Positions 28,003 to 38,070 of a stretch of 64,000 nt of DNA are shown here, piece by piece. Under the pieces are notes generated by a model. That model worked only from the letters and a program-made list of their open reading frames with translations. It did no database searches and was not told the DNA's origin. The stretch lies in IMG/VR virus record IMGVR_UViG_3300020159_002019, positions 1 through 64,000 of that record; one strand, given 5' to 3'. The position numbers and the translations under genes were made by a program. Position 1 is the first letter of the stretch, and each line of letters opens with the position of its first letter. This stretch comes from a virus.

Positions 28003-29934
28003 ATGAGTTATAACAGACAAAGTAATTTTAACAATTTAGATTTAGTTCTCCCATTTATGAATTATTGGGATTATGAACTAACGCCTAATCAATACACACC
28101 CGAATATATCTATTCAACAGATATTGTAAGAAATGGTTTAATATTTGATTTTGATTTCGATTCAACCGATACAAATATACATATCGTAGATGGTGCTATT
28201 CAATACATAGAAACACCAACTTATTCATCTAAACAATACACATCAGGTTTTACTCTAACAGATATTGGTTTAACATCAATAAATGTGGGAACTCAAACTG
28301 ACGGTTCTAATTATACAATAGGACAAAATCCTGTGGATTATCCGGTATTAGGTGAATATACAGCGACAACACTTTCATTTACAGGTGAAAGTTTAACATT
28401 TGTAAGTGGTAATACAAACCTTAAATTATGGAGAGTATTCCCATATGGGACAACAAATTATGATTTCCCATTACAATTATGGAATGATACAAGTGGTCAG
28501 TATATAGAGTTTGGTGGAGGATATTTTAATGGTTTCTATAAATTATATGGGTATCCTTATCAATTAATACAAAAAAGATTTAATAAGGGATGGACAGTTC
28601 AATTAAACTTAAATACAAAATACAACCCTTCATTATTTACTGATTTTACAAAATTAAAGTTGAATGATACATTTACAGGTAATACAGGTTTCTTTTTATA
28701 TTTTGGTGTAAGACAAGAAAATAAGTTTTATGATTCATTTACAGGTATAACAAGTTTAGCGTTTAATACAATTTTAAGTGGTATATCATCAACATTTACA
28801 GGTATAACAAGTCAAGAATTAAGAACAACAACAGATATTTCAATAGATCCTTATCTTGAAATTCAAGAACAAAATTTAATTCAGAATAATATGTTGATTC
28901 CTGGTTATGGGACTTGTAATTGTAGTACCAATGGTTGTACGGGTTGTGGTGATAACTATTATGATTGGAGTTATACTCCAACAATATGGTCAGGTATAAC
29001 AGATAACGTATTAGGTTTTAGGGTGACACCTGATTTTAGATTGGGTTATAGGAAGATAACAACAAATACATTTTGTATATCAACCGCAATAACATCGACA
29101 GATAGATGTGGTAATACAATAATTACAACAGGTTATACTCAAGTAATGGAACCGAAAATAGTGGAAGAATATGCTCCAATACCAATGTTTACAGGATATA
29201 CTTGTGGTGAGTGTAATCCAAATACATTATCTACTTGGATAAATTTAACAATTAAATGGGAAAGAGATTATCCATATCAAACAGATTGTGAATTAGAATA
29301 TGGTAAATATAAGAACGGGACATTAAAGACATATGTGAATGGCAGACCTTATTGGAGTGTGACAGGATTTACGGAGTTTATACCTTATGAATTACCAACA
29401 GATCCTTCAAAACAAGAAGGAGTTCCATTTACAATAAGTTTAGGTGGTGGTAGTTCAGGATTATTCCAAAGTCAGGTTTCATTATTAAAAGAAACACCTT
29501 TAATATGGAACAACATTCAGATGAATTGGGAAGATGTGATGGAATTATGGAACGCAAGTAATTATAAAGATTTCACACCCTACGATTTATTTTTGGGTAA
29601 ATATACAGGTGGAACAAATGTGGATTTATGGATACAAAATTATTTCGCTGGAACATATTTAGGTGGTGTTAGTTCATTTAAGATGTATGAAAAACCATTA
29701 GATATTGGTGAAATAAGACATAATTATAATTTAGAAAAATGTAGGTATAATTTCAAAGGTAATTTTGGTGGTAGATTAATTGTATTACCTGAATATGGTT
29801 GTGAAGTATTACCTTGTATTCCTCAATTTTTTGATGATGCCCTAATTGTTGATAACTTTAGTGGTTATAATGTAGATACACAAGAAGATAATCCAAATAC
29901 AAATATTAATGACGAAGAGTATTTAATTGTATAA
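28003..29934 (+). CDS. Virion structural protein with LamG/concanavalin-like features
   Basis: GWTVQLNL, WINLTIKW, GTLKTYVNG, ISLGG, FKMYEKPL...EIRHNY; rich in Thr, Gly and Cys. Confidence 0.6.
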   Translation: MSYNRQSNFNNLDLVLPFMNYWDYELTPNQYTPEYIYSTDIVRNGLIFDFDFDSTDTNIHIVDGAIQYIETPTYSSKQYTSGFTLTDIGLTSINVGTQTDGSNYTIGQNPVDYPVLGEYTATTLSFTGESLTFVSGNTNLKLWRVFPYGTTNYDFPLQLWNDTSGQYIEFGGGYFNGFYKLYGYPYQLIQKRFNKGWTVQLNLNTKYNPSLFTDFTKLKLNDTFTGNTGFFLYFGVRQENKFYDSFTGITSLAFNTILSGISSTFTGITSQELRTTTDISIDPYLEIQEQNLIQNNMLIPGYGTCNCSTNGCTGCGDNYYDWSYTPTIWSGITDNVLGFRVTPDFRLGYRKITTNTFCISTAITSTDRCGNTIITTGYTQVMEPKIVEEYAPIPMFTGYTCGECNPNTLSTWINLTIKWERDYPYQTDCELEYGKYKNGTLKTYVNGRPYWSVTGFTEFIPYELPTDPSKQEGVPFTISLGGGSSGLFQSQVSLLKETPLIWNNIQMNWEDVMELWNASNYKDFTPYDLFLGKYTGGTNVDLWIQNYFAGTYLGGVSSFKMYEKPLDIGEIRHNYNLEKCRYNFKGNFGGRLIVLPEYGCEVLPCIPQFFDDALIVDNFSGYNVDTQEDNPNTNINDEEYLIV

Positions 29935-29940
29935 AATAAC

Positions 29941-29948
29941 TATTTATA
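29941..29948 (+). promoter_or_regulatory. Putative late promoter TATTTATA
   Basis: TATTTATA-N3-ATG (29952). Confidence 0.7.
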
Positions 29949-29951
29949 AAT

Positions 29952-32900
29952 ATGGCACAAGGAAGAATATTAAAAGATTTAACAGGTATAAACAGCGGAC
30001 AAGTAAAACCGTCTGAAGATTTATTATTACTATATAGTATATCAGGTAATACATCAAATAAAATAACTATTGATGATTTTAAAACGGCGATTAATTTTAA
30101 CGGTTATACTGCAAATACAATCAGTAATAACACATTTTATCAATACACATCTGACACTAAAAACATATTAGATGAAAAAATAGATATTAATTTTTTCTCG
30201 AATTATACAGGTAATACCATAACACAAGGAACTGGTAGTTATTCAACCGTAAGAAATGGTAATAATAATTTCGCAATCGGTAATTGTTCTACTATTATTG
30301 GTGGTGTTAATAACTACACGGATAAAACTAATTCTGTTATTTTAGGTAGTAATTTAACTGCCACAACAACAAATACGACATTTGTAGAATCTTTAAATGT
30401 TAAAGATTTTATTTACGATAATACGGGATGCGCTGGTTTAACAGGACAATTTATAGTTGCAACTGCTGATGGGTTTGCTTGGTGTAATGCTGGTGGTGTC
30501 GGTAATTGTATTTTAGTTGGTGGGGGACCTGGTTTATTAGGCGCTCAAGGTTCGTCATTTATTGGTGGTGGTGATAATAATACAATAGCTGAAGATAATT
30601 ATAATGTTATTGGTGGGGGACAATCAAATACCTTAACAGGTGGTTTCAATTCTATCTCTTCAGGACAACAAAATTTGGTGTCGGAAGCGGGTCGTTATTC
30701 ATCAATAAGTGGTGGTTATTGTAATACATTATCAGGTTATTATTCAGTAATCGGTGGCGGTAGAAATAATAACGTCAATGGTAAAGGTGGTGAAGGATTT
30801 CAAGTAATCAATGGTGGTTGTAATAATTGTTTAGGGGTAAATAGGGGTTCATTTATTGGTGGTGGTTGTCAAAATACTGTTTCAGGTAATTTATCGTTAA
30901 TTGTTGGTGGTGAAAATAATTTAATTGGTGAAAATATTAATGACTCAAATAATAGTGTTTGCTCAATAATCGGTGGTGGTGAGTTTAATACTATTACAAA
31001 TGGTAATTATTCAGGTATTTTTGCCGGTTCAAATAATTGTGTTGGTGGAAACTATTCATTAGTTAGTGGTGGTTTTTATAACACCGCAATTGGTAATGTC
31101 TCAACCGTAATTGGGGGTTGTTCTAATTGTGCGTCTGGGTCATATTCATTAGTTGGTGGGTTTAATAATACGGCATCAGGAGCATATTCAGTTATTTTAG
31201 GTAATAATAATAATGATAGTGGTTGTAGTGGTGTTGTAATGTTAGGTTTTGTTGGTGACGCCGATAGAGATAATGCAGTTTTTATAAATAACACTAGCAT
31301 TCGTGGTTATTTGTATGATAGTAATAATACATCAGGAACAGGAAATCAAATTTTAAGTGTTGATAGAAACTCAGGTTATTTATCTTGGGTAGATATAGAC
31401 ACCCCTTTAGGTTCTACATCAAGATTATTAAACAGTAAATTAAGTATAAGTGGTGGAACTATTTATGGTAATTTAGTTGTTAATGGTAATTTACAATTTG
31501 CGGGGACAGCAACAACAGTTAATAGAGCTTCATTATTAATATCAAACCCAATAATTGTTTTAGCTTCAGGAACAACAACACCAACAAAAGACGCAGGTTT
31601 CTTAATTGATAGGGGTTTGACAGGTGATACTGTATTTATATGGAGTGAAACAAATCAAGAGTTTAGAATAGGTTATACAAATAGCATATATACAGCATCA
31701 ACAATAAACATAACGAATTATAGTAATTTAAGATTAAACCAATTAGCCGCTAACTATATATCAGATATAAATGGAAACACAGGAACAACTAACTATATAT
31801 TAGGTTCAACTTCTAATGGTATTGTTTGGATTCCAAATACCGGTAATACAAATAATACATTAACAGGTTTAAATAGTTTTGTAGGTGCGGGTAGTGGTAA
31901 TACATCTTATGGTTCTTATTCATTTGTAGGTAATGGTATAGGTAATACCGCTTATGGTAGTAATTCATTTGTGGGTGGTGGTAATTTCAATACCGCTGGT
32001 GATACACCAAATGGTTGGGAAGTCGTAGTAAATGGACAATTTAATAAGGCTTTAGGTGATTATTCATTTGTGGGTAATGGTTTTAGGAATATAGTATCAG
32101 GTGCAACATCATTTATTGGTAATGGTTGTAATAACTTAATATCGGCCTCTACATCATCTTTTATTGGTGGTGGTTTAAGTAATACTATAAGAAGTTGTAA
32201 TTCAACAATAGGTGGCGGACAAAATAATACAATAAAATTTAATACAGGAACAACGTCAAATACTATCGCTGGTGGTAGTTGTAATACAATTGATGGTTAT
32301 TGTAGTTTTATAGGTGGTGGTTATTGGAACACTGTTACTTTAGCGAATTACACAACAATAGGTGGTGGTAGACAAAATTACGCTGTTGGTTCATATACAT
32401 CCGTAAGTGGTGGTTATAAAAACTCGGCATCGGCAAATTACTCATTCATTGGTGGTGGTAAAACAAATAGAACATCAGGACAATTTTCTTCTGTTGTTGG
32501 TGGGTTATCAAACACATCTTCAGGTTATTGTTCATTTATTGGTGGTGGTGTTGGTAATATATCGTCAGGAAGTATGTCAGGTATAATATCTGGCTCAGGT
32601 AATACAGCAACATCACAAAATTCATTTATTGGTAGTGGTTTATGTAATGTAGTAAATGGTATATCATCAAATATTGTTGGTGGTCGTTTAAATAGTGTTA
32701 AAATGAATAGTTCATCAGTTGTTGGTGGTTGTGGAAATATTGTAAGTGCAACAACGTCATCAATTTTAGGTGGTGAAGGAAACGTAGTTAATGTACCGAA
32801 TTCATTTATAGGTGGCGGTATGATGAACGTAGCCGGTTCTGTCAATGAATACGATATTTTAGGTATAAATAATTTAGACATTACAACATCAGCATCGTCA

Positions 32901-35900
32901 AGCAATTTTAGTGTTGGTGATGAAATTATTGTATATAATCAAAATGATTTAAAGTCATATAAAACATACATAAGTAATATTAATGTTTTTGGTGGAAATA
33001 CTATAATAACTGTCACATTATCTGTTGGTGGTAATTCTTTCGGTGGTAAGATATATGAATTATTACCATTAAATACCTCAACAAATTACTCAGTATCAAT
33101 AGGAAGTGGTTGGTTTAATAAGGTTAAATCCAAATATTCAACAATATCTAATGGGTATAATAATAATATATCTTCCGAATCTTCATTTATAGGAAGTGGT
33201 AATGGTAATATACTATTTGAGTCAGCACAATTCTCATTTATTGGTGGTGGTAATAATAATAAATCTTGTTGTAGTGCAACTTTTATAGGTGGTGGTTGTG
33301 GGAATATAATAACCGGTAACACATCAGTAATTGTAGGTGGTCGTTCTAACATTATAAAAAACGTGGACTCTTTCATTGGTGGTGGATGTTGTAATTACAC
33401 AACGGCTTGTTTTGGTTTCATTGGTGGTGGATCTAATAATAAATCTGACGCATCTAGTTCTTTTATAGGTGGTGGTAATTTTAATTTAGTTAAAGGATCT
33501 AACGATGTAGTTGTTGGTGGTTGTGGAAATACATCATCAGGTGGGTATTCTATTATTGGTGGTGGTTCATCAAATTGTATTGGTAATCTATTGTCATCAG
33601 TTTTTGGCGGTGCGGCAAATACATCATTAGCGGATTATTCAACCATAGGTGGTGGATGTTGTAATTACACAACGGCTTGTTGTGGTTTTATAGGTGGTGG
33701 TTCATCAAATTGTGCGTCATCAAATAATACAGTTGTCGCCGGTGGTAATGGTAATACATCATCAGGCCCAGCATCGGCAATTTTAGGTGGTAATGTAAAT
33801 AAGTCAACAGGACAATATTCAGCAATTGTAAATGGTTTAACTAATTTATCTTGTTTTAATTTTACATTTGTAGGTAATGGTGTATCAAACTCAGGAACAA
33901 CATTTAACGCAACCGTTGTTAATGGTTGTGAAAATATATCATCAGGTAATTTTTCTTTTATAGGTAATGGTTGTTGTAATATAGCTCGTAGTAATTACGG
34001 TTCGGTTCTTAACGGTTTTCGTAATAATAATGGAGGGTTATATTCATCTATTCTTGGTGGTTGTTCTAATACAATGACTCACAGTAACTCATTTATATTG
34101 GGATCTAACCTAACAAGTGATAAAGATAATACGACTTATGTTGAAAACTTGGACGTTAAAACGAATATTTATGATAGCACAAATAGTGCTGGTAATATAG
34201 GACAAGTATTATCTTCAACATCAACAGGGGTTAAATGGGTTGATATGACAGGTTCAACAAATAGTATTTTTAGTTTCACAGCAACACCTGTAATACAACA
34301 ATATTATACAATCCCATCAAACTTAACGACAAGTGTTGTTGGATCGTCATACAGAATATCTAATGGTAATATAGTTCAAACAACAGCAACTTATTCAACA
34401 ATTAGTGGTGGTAGAGGTAATACCGTTAATAATTCATATTCAACAATTGCTGGTGGGTGGAATAATCAATCCGATTCTTGCGCATCAATTGGTGGTGGGT
34501 TTGGGAACTCTGCTGGAATATGCGCTGTCGTAGGTGGTGGTATAACAAATATATCTAGTGGGGCTGCGAGTGTAATAGGTGGTGGTTTAAGTAATAACGG
34601 AAAATGTTCTTTTTCAACAATCGCTGGTGGTTCTAATAATACATCTTGCGGTGAATCTTCATCAATTGGAGGTGGTTATTTAAATTGTGTTGGTAATAAC
34701 GCAACATTTACTTCAATCGGAGGTGGTTGTAAAAATTCGGCAACAGGTGCAGGGACAACAATTGGTGGTGGGTGTTCAAATCAAACACGTGGTTTTTTAG
34801 ATGTAATTGCCGGTGGTGTTAATAATACAACATCGGGTGGATATACTACAATAAGTGGTGGTAAATCAAATTGTGGTGGGGCTGTATATTCATCAATAGT
34901 AGGTGGATTTAAAAATACAACATTAGGTGATTATGGATTTATCGGTGGTGGTCAATGTAATTATCTTAAAGGAACTACTAATAACACAACATATCCATCA
35001 GTAATCGGTGGTGGTAATCAAAATACAACTTTAACAGACAATACAGTAATCGGTGGTGGATTCTTTAATATAATAAGTGGATCATCGTCAAACAATTCAT
35101 TTATAGGTGGTGGAACACAAAATAAAATATGTGGTTTAGTTGTCGGATCATTTATAGGGGCTGGACAAAATAATACGATATATAGTAGAGCTTATAGTTC
35201 ATCAATTATTGGTGGAAGTAATAATTATACAATTTATCCGGAAACACATATTTTAGGTTCAAATATTACCGCCACAAGATCGGGTACAACATACGTTGAA
35301 TGTTTAGACATCAAAACACATTTATATGATTACACAAATAGTAAAGGAACTGATGGTCAAGTATTGACTTCTACTGAAAATGGTGTTGTTTGGTCAGATA
35401 CTTCAGGTGGTGGTAGCAGTGCTGTAATTATATTAGGGACAGGAACCGGTTCTTCGGTAAGGAAGGATAATAGTAATTTTACGATGGGTAACTACTCGAC
35501 AGTAAGTGGTGGATATTGTAATTGTGTATCGTCAAATGGAGCTTTTTCAACCATAGGTGGTGGCTGTTGTAATACTGTTCTACAATTGGGTTCAACCGTA
35601 AGTGGTGGATATTGTAATGTAATTAATGGTAGCTGTGGTTTTATAGGTGGTGGTTGTAAAAATAATAATTCAAGTCTATTATCAGCAATAGGTGGTGGTA
35701 TTTGTAACACAATTTTAGCTCATTGTTCATTTGTTGGTGGTGGTTGTAAAAATACAATATTTGCCGGATATGAACAATCACAATACTACTCAACCATAGG
35801 TGGTGGTTATAATAATGTTTTAACCTCTAATTATTCAGGTATTTTAGGTGGATGTGGAAATACGTTAAATTATAATAAATCTTTTATTGTTGGTAGTGAT

Positions 35901-36029
35901 ATAACAGCGGATAGAATTTGTGCTACGTTCGTAAATAACTTATCAATTATGAATATCCCAACATCAGCAACAGGATTACCTTCAGGATCTATTTATAAAG
36001 ACGCCAATGGTTTCTTAAAAATTGTTTAA
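29952..36029 (+). CDS. Long tail-fibre/adhesin-like protein with glycine-rich beta-roll repeats
   Basis: 2025 aa; dozens of ~15 aa S-x-I-G-G-G-x-x-N repeats separated by G..GQ.L.S...G..W fibre joints. Confidence 0.8.
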   Translation: MAQGRILKDLTGINSGQVKPSEDLLLLYSISGNTSNKITIDDFKTAINFNGYTANTISNNTFYQYTSDTKNILDEKIDINFFSNYTGNTITQGTGSYSTVRNGNNNFAIGNCSTIIGGVNNYTDKTNSVILGSNLTATTTNTTFVESLNVKDFIYDNTGCAGLTGQFIVATADGFAWCNAGGVGNCILVGGGPGLLGAQGSSFIGGGDNNTIAEDNYNVIGGGQSNTLTGGFNSISSGQQNLVSEAGRYSSISGGYCNTLSGYYSVIGGGRNNNVNGKGGEGFQVINGGCNNCLGVNRGSFIGGGCQNTVSGNLSLIVGGENNLIGENINDSNNSVCSIIGGGEFNTITNGNYSGIFAGSNNCVGGNYSLVSGGFYNTAIGNVSTVIGGCSNCASGSYSLVGGFNNTASGAYSVILGNNNNDSGCSGVVMLGFVGDADRDNAVFINNTSIRGYLYDSNNTSGTGNQILSVDRNSGYLSWVDIDTPLGSTSRLLNSKLSISGGTIYGNLVVNGNLQFAGTATTVNRASLLISNPIIVLASGTTTPTKDAGFLIDRGLTGDTVFIWSETNQEFRIGYTNSIYTASTINITNYSNLRLNQLAANYISDINGNTGTTNYILGSTSNGIVWIPNTGNTNNTLTGLNSFVGAGSGNTSYGSYSFVGNGIGNTAYGSNSFVGGGNFNTAGDTPNGWEVVVNGQFNKALGDYSFVGNGFRNIVSGATSFIGNGCNNLISASTSSFIGGGLSNTIRSCNSTIGGGQNNTIKFNTGTTSNTIAGGSCNTIDGYCSFIGGGYWNTVTLANYTTIGGGRQNYAVGSYTSVSGGYKNSASANYSFIGGGKTNRTSGQFSSVVGGLSNTSSGYCSFIGGGVGNISSGSMSGIISGSGNTATSQNSFIGSGLCNVVNGISSNIVGGRLNSVKMNSSSVVGGCGNIVSATTSSILGGEGNVVNVPNSFIGGGMMNVAGSVNEYDILGINNLDITTSASSSNFSVGDEIIVYNQNDLKSYKTYISNINVFGGNTIITVTLSVGGNSFGGKIYELLPLNTSTNYSVSIGSGWFNKVKSKYSTISNGYNNNISSESSFIGSGNGNILFESAQFSFIGGGNNNKSCCSATFIGGGCGNIITGNTSVIVGGRSNIIKNVDSFIGGGCCNYTTACFGFIGGGSNNKSDASSSFIGGGNFNLVKGSNDVVVGGCGNTSSGGYSIIGGGSSNCIGNLLSSVFGGAANTSLADYSTIGGGCCNYTTACCGFIGGGSSNCASSNNTVVAGGNGNTSSGPASAILGGNVNKSTGQYSAIVNGLTNLSCFNFTFVGNGVSNSGTTFNATVVNGCENISSGNFSFIGNGCCNIARSNYGSVLNGFRNNNGGLYSSILGGCSNTMTHSNSFILGSNLTSDKDNTTYVENLDVKTNIYDSTNSAGNIGQVLSSTSTGVKWVDMTGSTNSIFSFTATPVIQQYYTIPSNLTTSVVGSSYRISNGNIVQTTATYSTISGGRGNTVNNSYSTIAGGWNNQSDSCASIGGGFGNSAGICAVVGGGITNISSGAASVIGGGLSNNGKCSFSTIAGGSNNTSCGESSSIGGGYLNCVGNNATFTSIGGGCKNSATGAGTTIGGGCSNQTRGFLDVIAGGVNNTTSGGYTTISGGKSNCGGAVYSSIVGGFKNTTLGDYGFIGGGQCNYLKGTTNNTTYPSVIGGGNQNTTLTDNTVIGGGFFNIISGSSSNNSFIGGGTQNKICGLVVGSFIGAGQNNTIYSRAYSSSIIGGSNNYTIYPETHILGSNITATRSGTTYVECLDIKTHLYDYTNSKGTDGQVLTSTENGVVWSDTSGGGSSAVIILGTGTGSSVRKDNSNFTMGNYSTVSGGYCNCVSSNGAFSTIGGGCCNTVLQLGSTVSGGYCNVINGSCGFIGGGCKNNNSSLLSAIGGGICNTILAHCSFVGGGCKNTIFAGYEQSQYYSTIGGGYNNVLTSNYSGILGGCGNTLNYNKSFIVGSDITADRICATFVNNLSIMNIPTSATGLPSGSIYKDANGFLKIV
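33378..33681 (+). repeat. 34 bp direct repeat inside the fibre gene (33378-33411 and 33648-33681)
   Basis: ggtggtggatgttgtaattacacaacggcttgtt occurs twice, 270 bp (6 x 15 codons) apart. Confidence 0.85.
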
Positions 36030-36032
36030 TAA

Positions 36033-36040
36033 TATTTATA
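36033..36040 (+). promoter_or_regulatory. Putative late promoter TATTTATA
   Basis: TATTTATA-N3-ATG (36044). Confidence 0.7.
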
Positions 36041-36043
36041 TAT

Positions 36044-36412
36044 ATGGATTTCTTTATAACAAAAAATAGCACATTACCAATTCTTACATTAGCTTTAATT
36101 AAAGATGGTAGATTCGATTATCATAAATTAAATGATAAGTTAGAATATGCGTCAATTACATTTTCAATGCGTGATGTAAATACCAATAAATTAGTTGTTG
36201 CTAATAAAGAAGCTAATATTATTTTAGCCAATATGAACCAAACAACGGAATATTATATAATTTATAAATGGAGTGCTAATGATACCAAAAAAGAAGGTAG
36301 GTATGAAGCACAATTCGATATAACTTTTTCAGATGATGGAAGTAAATTGATTGTTCCAATTAGAGAAAAATTATATGTGAATGTTTTGGATAGTTTTGTA
36401 AAATCAAATTAG
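36044..36412 (+). CDS. BppU-like (baseplate upper protein N-domain) virion protein
   Basis: ASITFSM, YKWSANDTKKEGRYEAQFDITF...LIVP. Confidence 0.6.
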   Translation: MDFFITKNSTLPILTLALIKDGRFDYHKLNDKLEYASITFSMRDVNTNKLVVANKEANIILANMNQTTEYYIIYKWSANDTKKEGRYEAQFDITFSDDGSKLIVPIREKLYVNVLDSFVKSN

Positions 36413-36413
36413 T

Positions 36414-37001
36414 ATGAATTATGACATACCCTCTTTTAAAGCTTTAGTTAGACGTTCTTGGCTAACTAAAAATAATAATGATGTTAATAAGTTTGATAAC
36501 TGCTATGTATTTGGACTACAATCGTATTCAGATAAAATAATAACTTTTCATATTATGACTGACTATGGCGCTGCAAGATCCAGAGTTCCATTATCTGAAA
36601 TATTTCATAAAGAACCTATAAATGATATTCCTTATCACCACAAACAACTATGGAATTGTTTTTCAGAAAACGCGAGTGTAAATTCATACAATTACCTAAA
36701 AGATAGAAGATGTAAAGTTTTTCTAAAATCAAAAAAAGAAGTTTGGGGGAGATATCAATTTACCTTAGATTGGTTTAATAATCCCTATTCTGATGAGCCA
36801 ACAGATTATAAATGCGCTCACGTTATATTTGCCGATGATGGTTATTTATTAGCAATGCCAAATAATAGAATTACTGAATGGCATGACACTAATTTTTGTG
36901 TATCAACAGGGGAAACCCACACTTGGAAAGTAGATACTTGGATACCAAATGTGGAACATAATCCTAAGTGGGTTGGTGATGATGATAGCTACTTTTATTA
37001 A
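36414..37001 (+). CDS. Phage hypothetical protein
   Basis: 195 aa ORF with QLWNCFS, YQFTLDW and AMPNNRI; function unknown. Confidence 0.7.
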   Translation: MNYDIPSFKALVRRSWLTKNNNDVNKFDNCYVFGLQSYSDKIITFHIMTDYGAARSRVPLSEIFHKEPINDIPYHHKQLWNCFSENASVNSYNYLKDRRCKVFLKSKKEVWGRYQFTLDWFNNPYSDEPTDYKCAHVIFADDGYLLAMPNNRITEWHDTNFCVSTGETHTWKVDTWIPNVEHNPKWVGDDDSYFY

Positions 37002-37711
37002 AAAGAAGATTTCTTATATACGAAATATACTTTTTTAAAGTGTTTAAGTGATTTTCTAATATCTTTTGGTTGTAATCCTGTTATTTCTCTAAGGTATAAT
37101 AAAATTAGATTTTTATTATATTTAACACTTCCTTTGTGATTTCCTTTGTCATCAAATATTGTGTCCCATCTATCTAATAACTCAACAATTGTTTTACCAA
37201 TAATAACATCATTTTGTTTCATATTGGTAGTATCCATTTGTTTTTTAATCGCCTCACCTAAATTATTAAAAAATTGTTTATCGTGAATGTTTTTTTCTTC
37301 GTCAATATGATATGAAAATCTTTCATCATCATTTAACTCTTGGGATATATCTTCATATGAAACAGCCCTTAACTTTTCTTCATATTTATCTTTTAATTTA
37401 GATATTAGATATCTTTTTGCTATTGTTCCGAAATATGAATAAGCTTTAACAGGTTTTCCTGATTTACCAATTTTACCAGGAGTAAAGTTTTCAATTTTTG
37501 TCATAATAAATGATAAAGAGTCGTTAAATTGTTCTTCAAAATCTTCATCTTTATCGTATAATTGATATGTCCTAATTATGCTTTCCACAAGTTTAGTGAA
37601 AGCATTTCTTAAATGCGAATTAAATATGAGAGTTCTGTCATATTGCGTTTTAGCACTTAAAAATAATAACATTCCGTATTCTTCATTTTCACCAAAATAT
37701 GTGGTATTCAA
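36998..37711 (-). CDS. Late-transcription sigma factor (T4 gp55-like)
   Basis: Sigma region-2-like DSLSFIMTKIENF...KAYSYFGTIAKRYLI, with no obvious region 4; TTG start. Confidence 0.7.
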   Translation of the reverse strand: MNTTYFGENEEYGMLLFLSAKTQYDRTLIFNSHLRNAFTKLVESIIRTYQLYDKDEDFEEQFNDSLSFIMTKIENFTPGKIGKSGKPVKAYSYFGTIAKRYLISKLKDKYEEKLRAVSYEDISQELNDDERFSYHIDEEKNIHDKQFFNNLGEAIKKQMDTTNMKQNDVIIGKTIVELLDRWDTIFDDKGNHKGSVKYNKNLILLYLREITGLQPKDIRKSLKHFKKVYFVYKKSSF

Positions 37712-37731
37712 AACTTATTTTTATGCATTTT

Positions 37732-38070
37732 TTAGTTTATTATAGAAAAATCTACACTTATTGTAAATTCTTTTATGTTATTTTGTTGTTCAGTATAACT
37801 ACTAACAAAACACCCATAAAATTCTTTATTATCGATATAAATATTATATTTACAGGTAAAATTAATTTCAGATAATAATAAAATTAGATTACTATCATTT
37901 GTTTTAATCGTTAATTGGTTTGTAGAAATAAATAAATGATTTAATGATCTATTGTATGTAATATTATAATCAAAACTCAATATTGGGTAGTGTTTTAATT
38001 CACCCCCAATATCAAGCCTAATAACATTATTATTTTTTTTATTTCTTACGTATTCTTTAATTTCCCTCAT
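37732..38070 (-). CDS. Hypothetical protein (weak resemblance to a tail-tube C-terminus)
   Basis: C-terminal FYGCFVSSY...EFTISVDF; N-terminus MREIKEY. Confidence 0.55.
   Translation of the reverse strand: MREIKEYVRNKKNNNVIRLDIGGELKHYPILSFDYNITYNRSLNHLFISTNQLTIKTNDSNLILLLSEINFTCKYNIYIDNKEFYGCFVSSYTEQQNNIKEFTISVDFSIIN

Noticed and set aside
29952-36029. CRISPR array or diversity-generating retroelement in the repeat-rich fibre gene
   Set aside because: The repeats are in-frame coding repeats without spacer structure. There is no reverse transcriptase or adenine-specific TR/VR pair in the window.
37700-37730. Frameshifted start of the sigma factor (ATG CAT AAA AAT AAG TTT TGA upstream of the TTG start)
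   Set aside because: The in-frame TTG start is sufficient and there is no canonical slippery heptamer; this cannot be supported without homologues.
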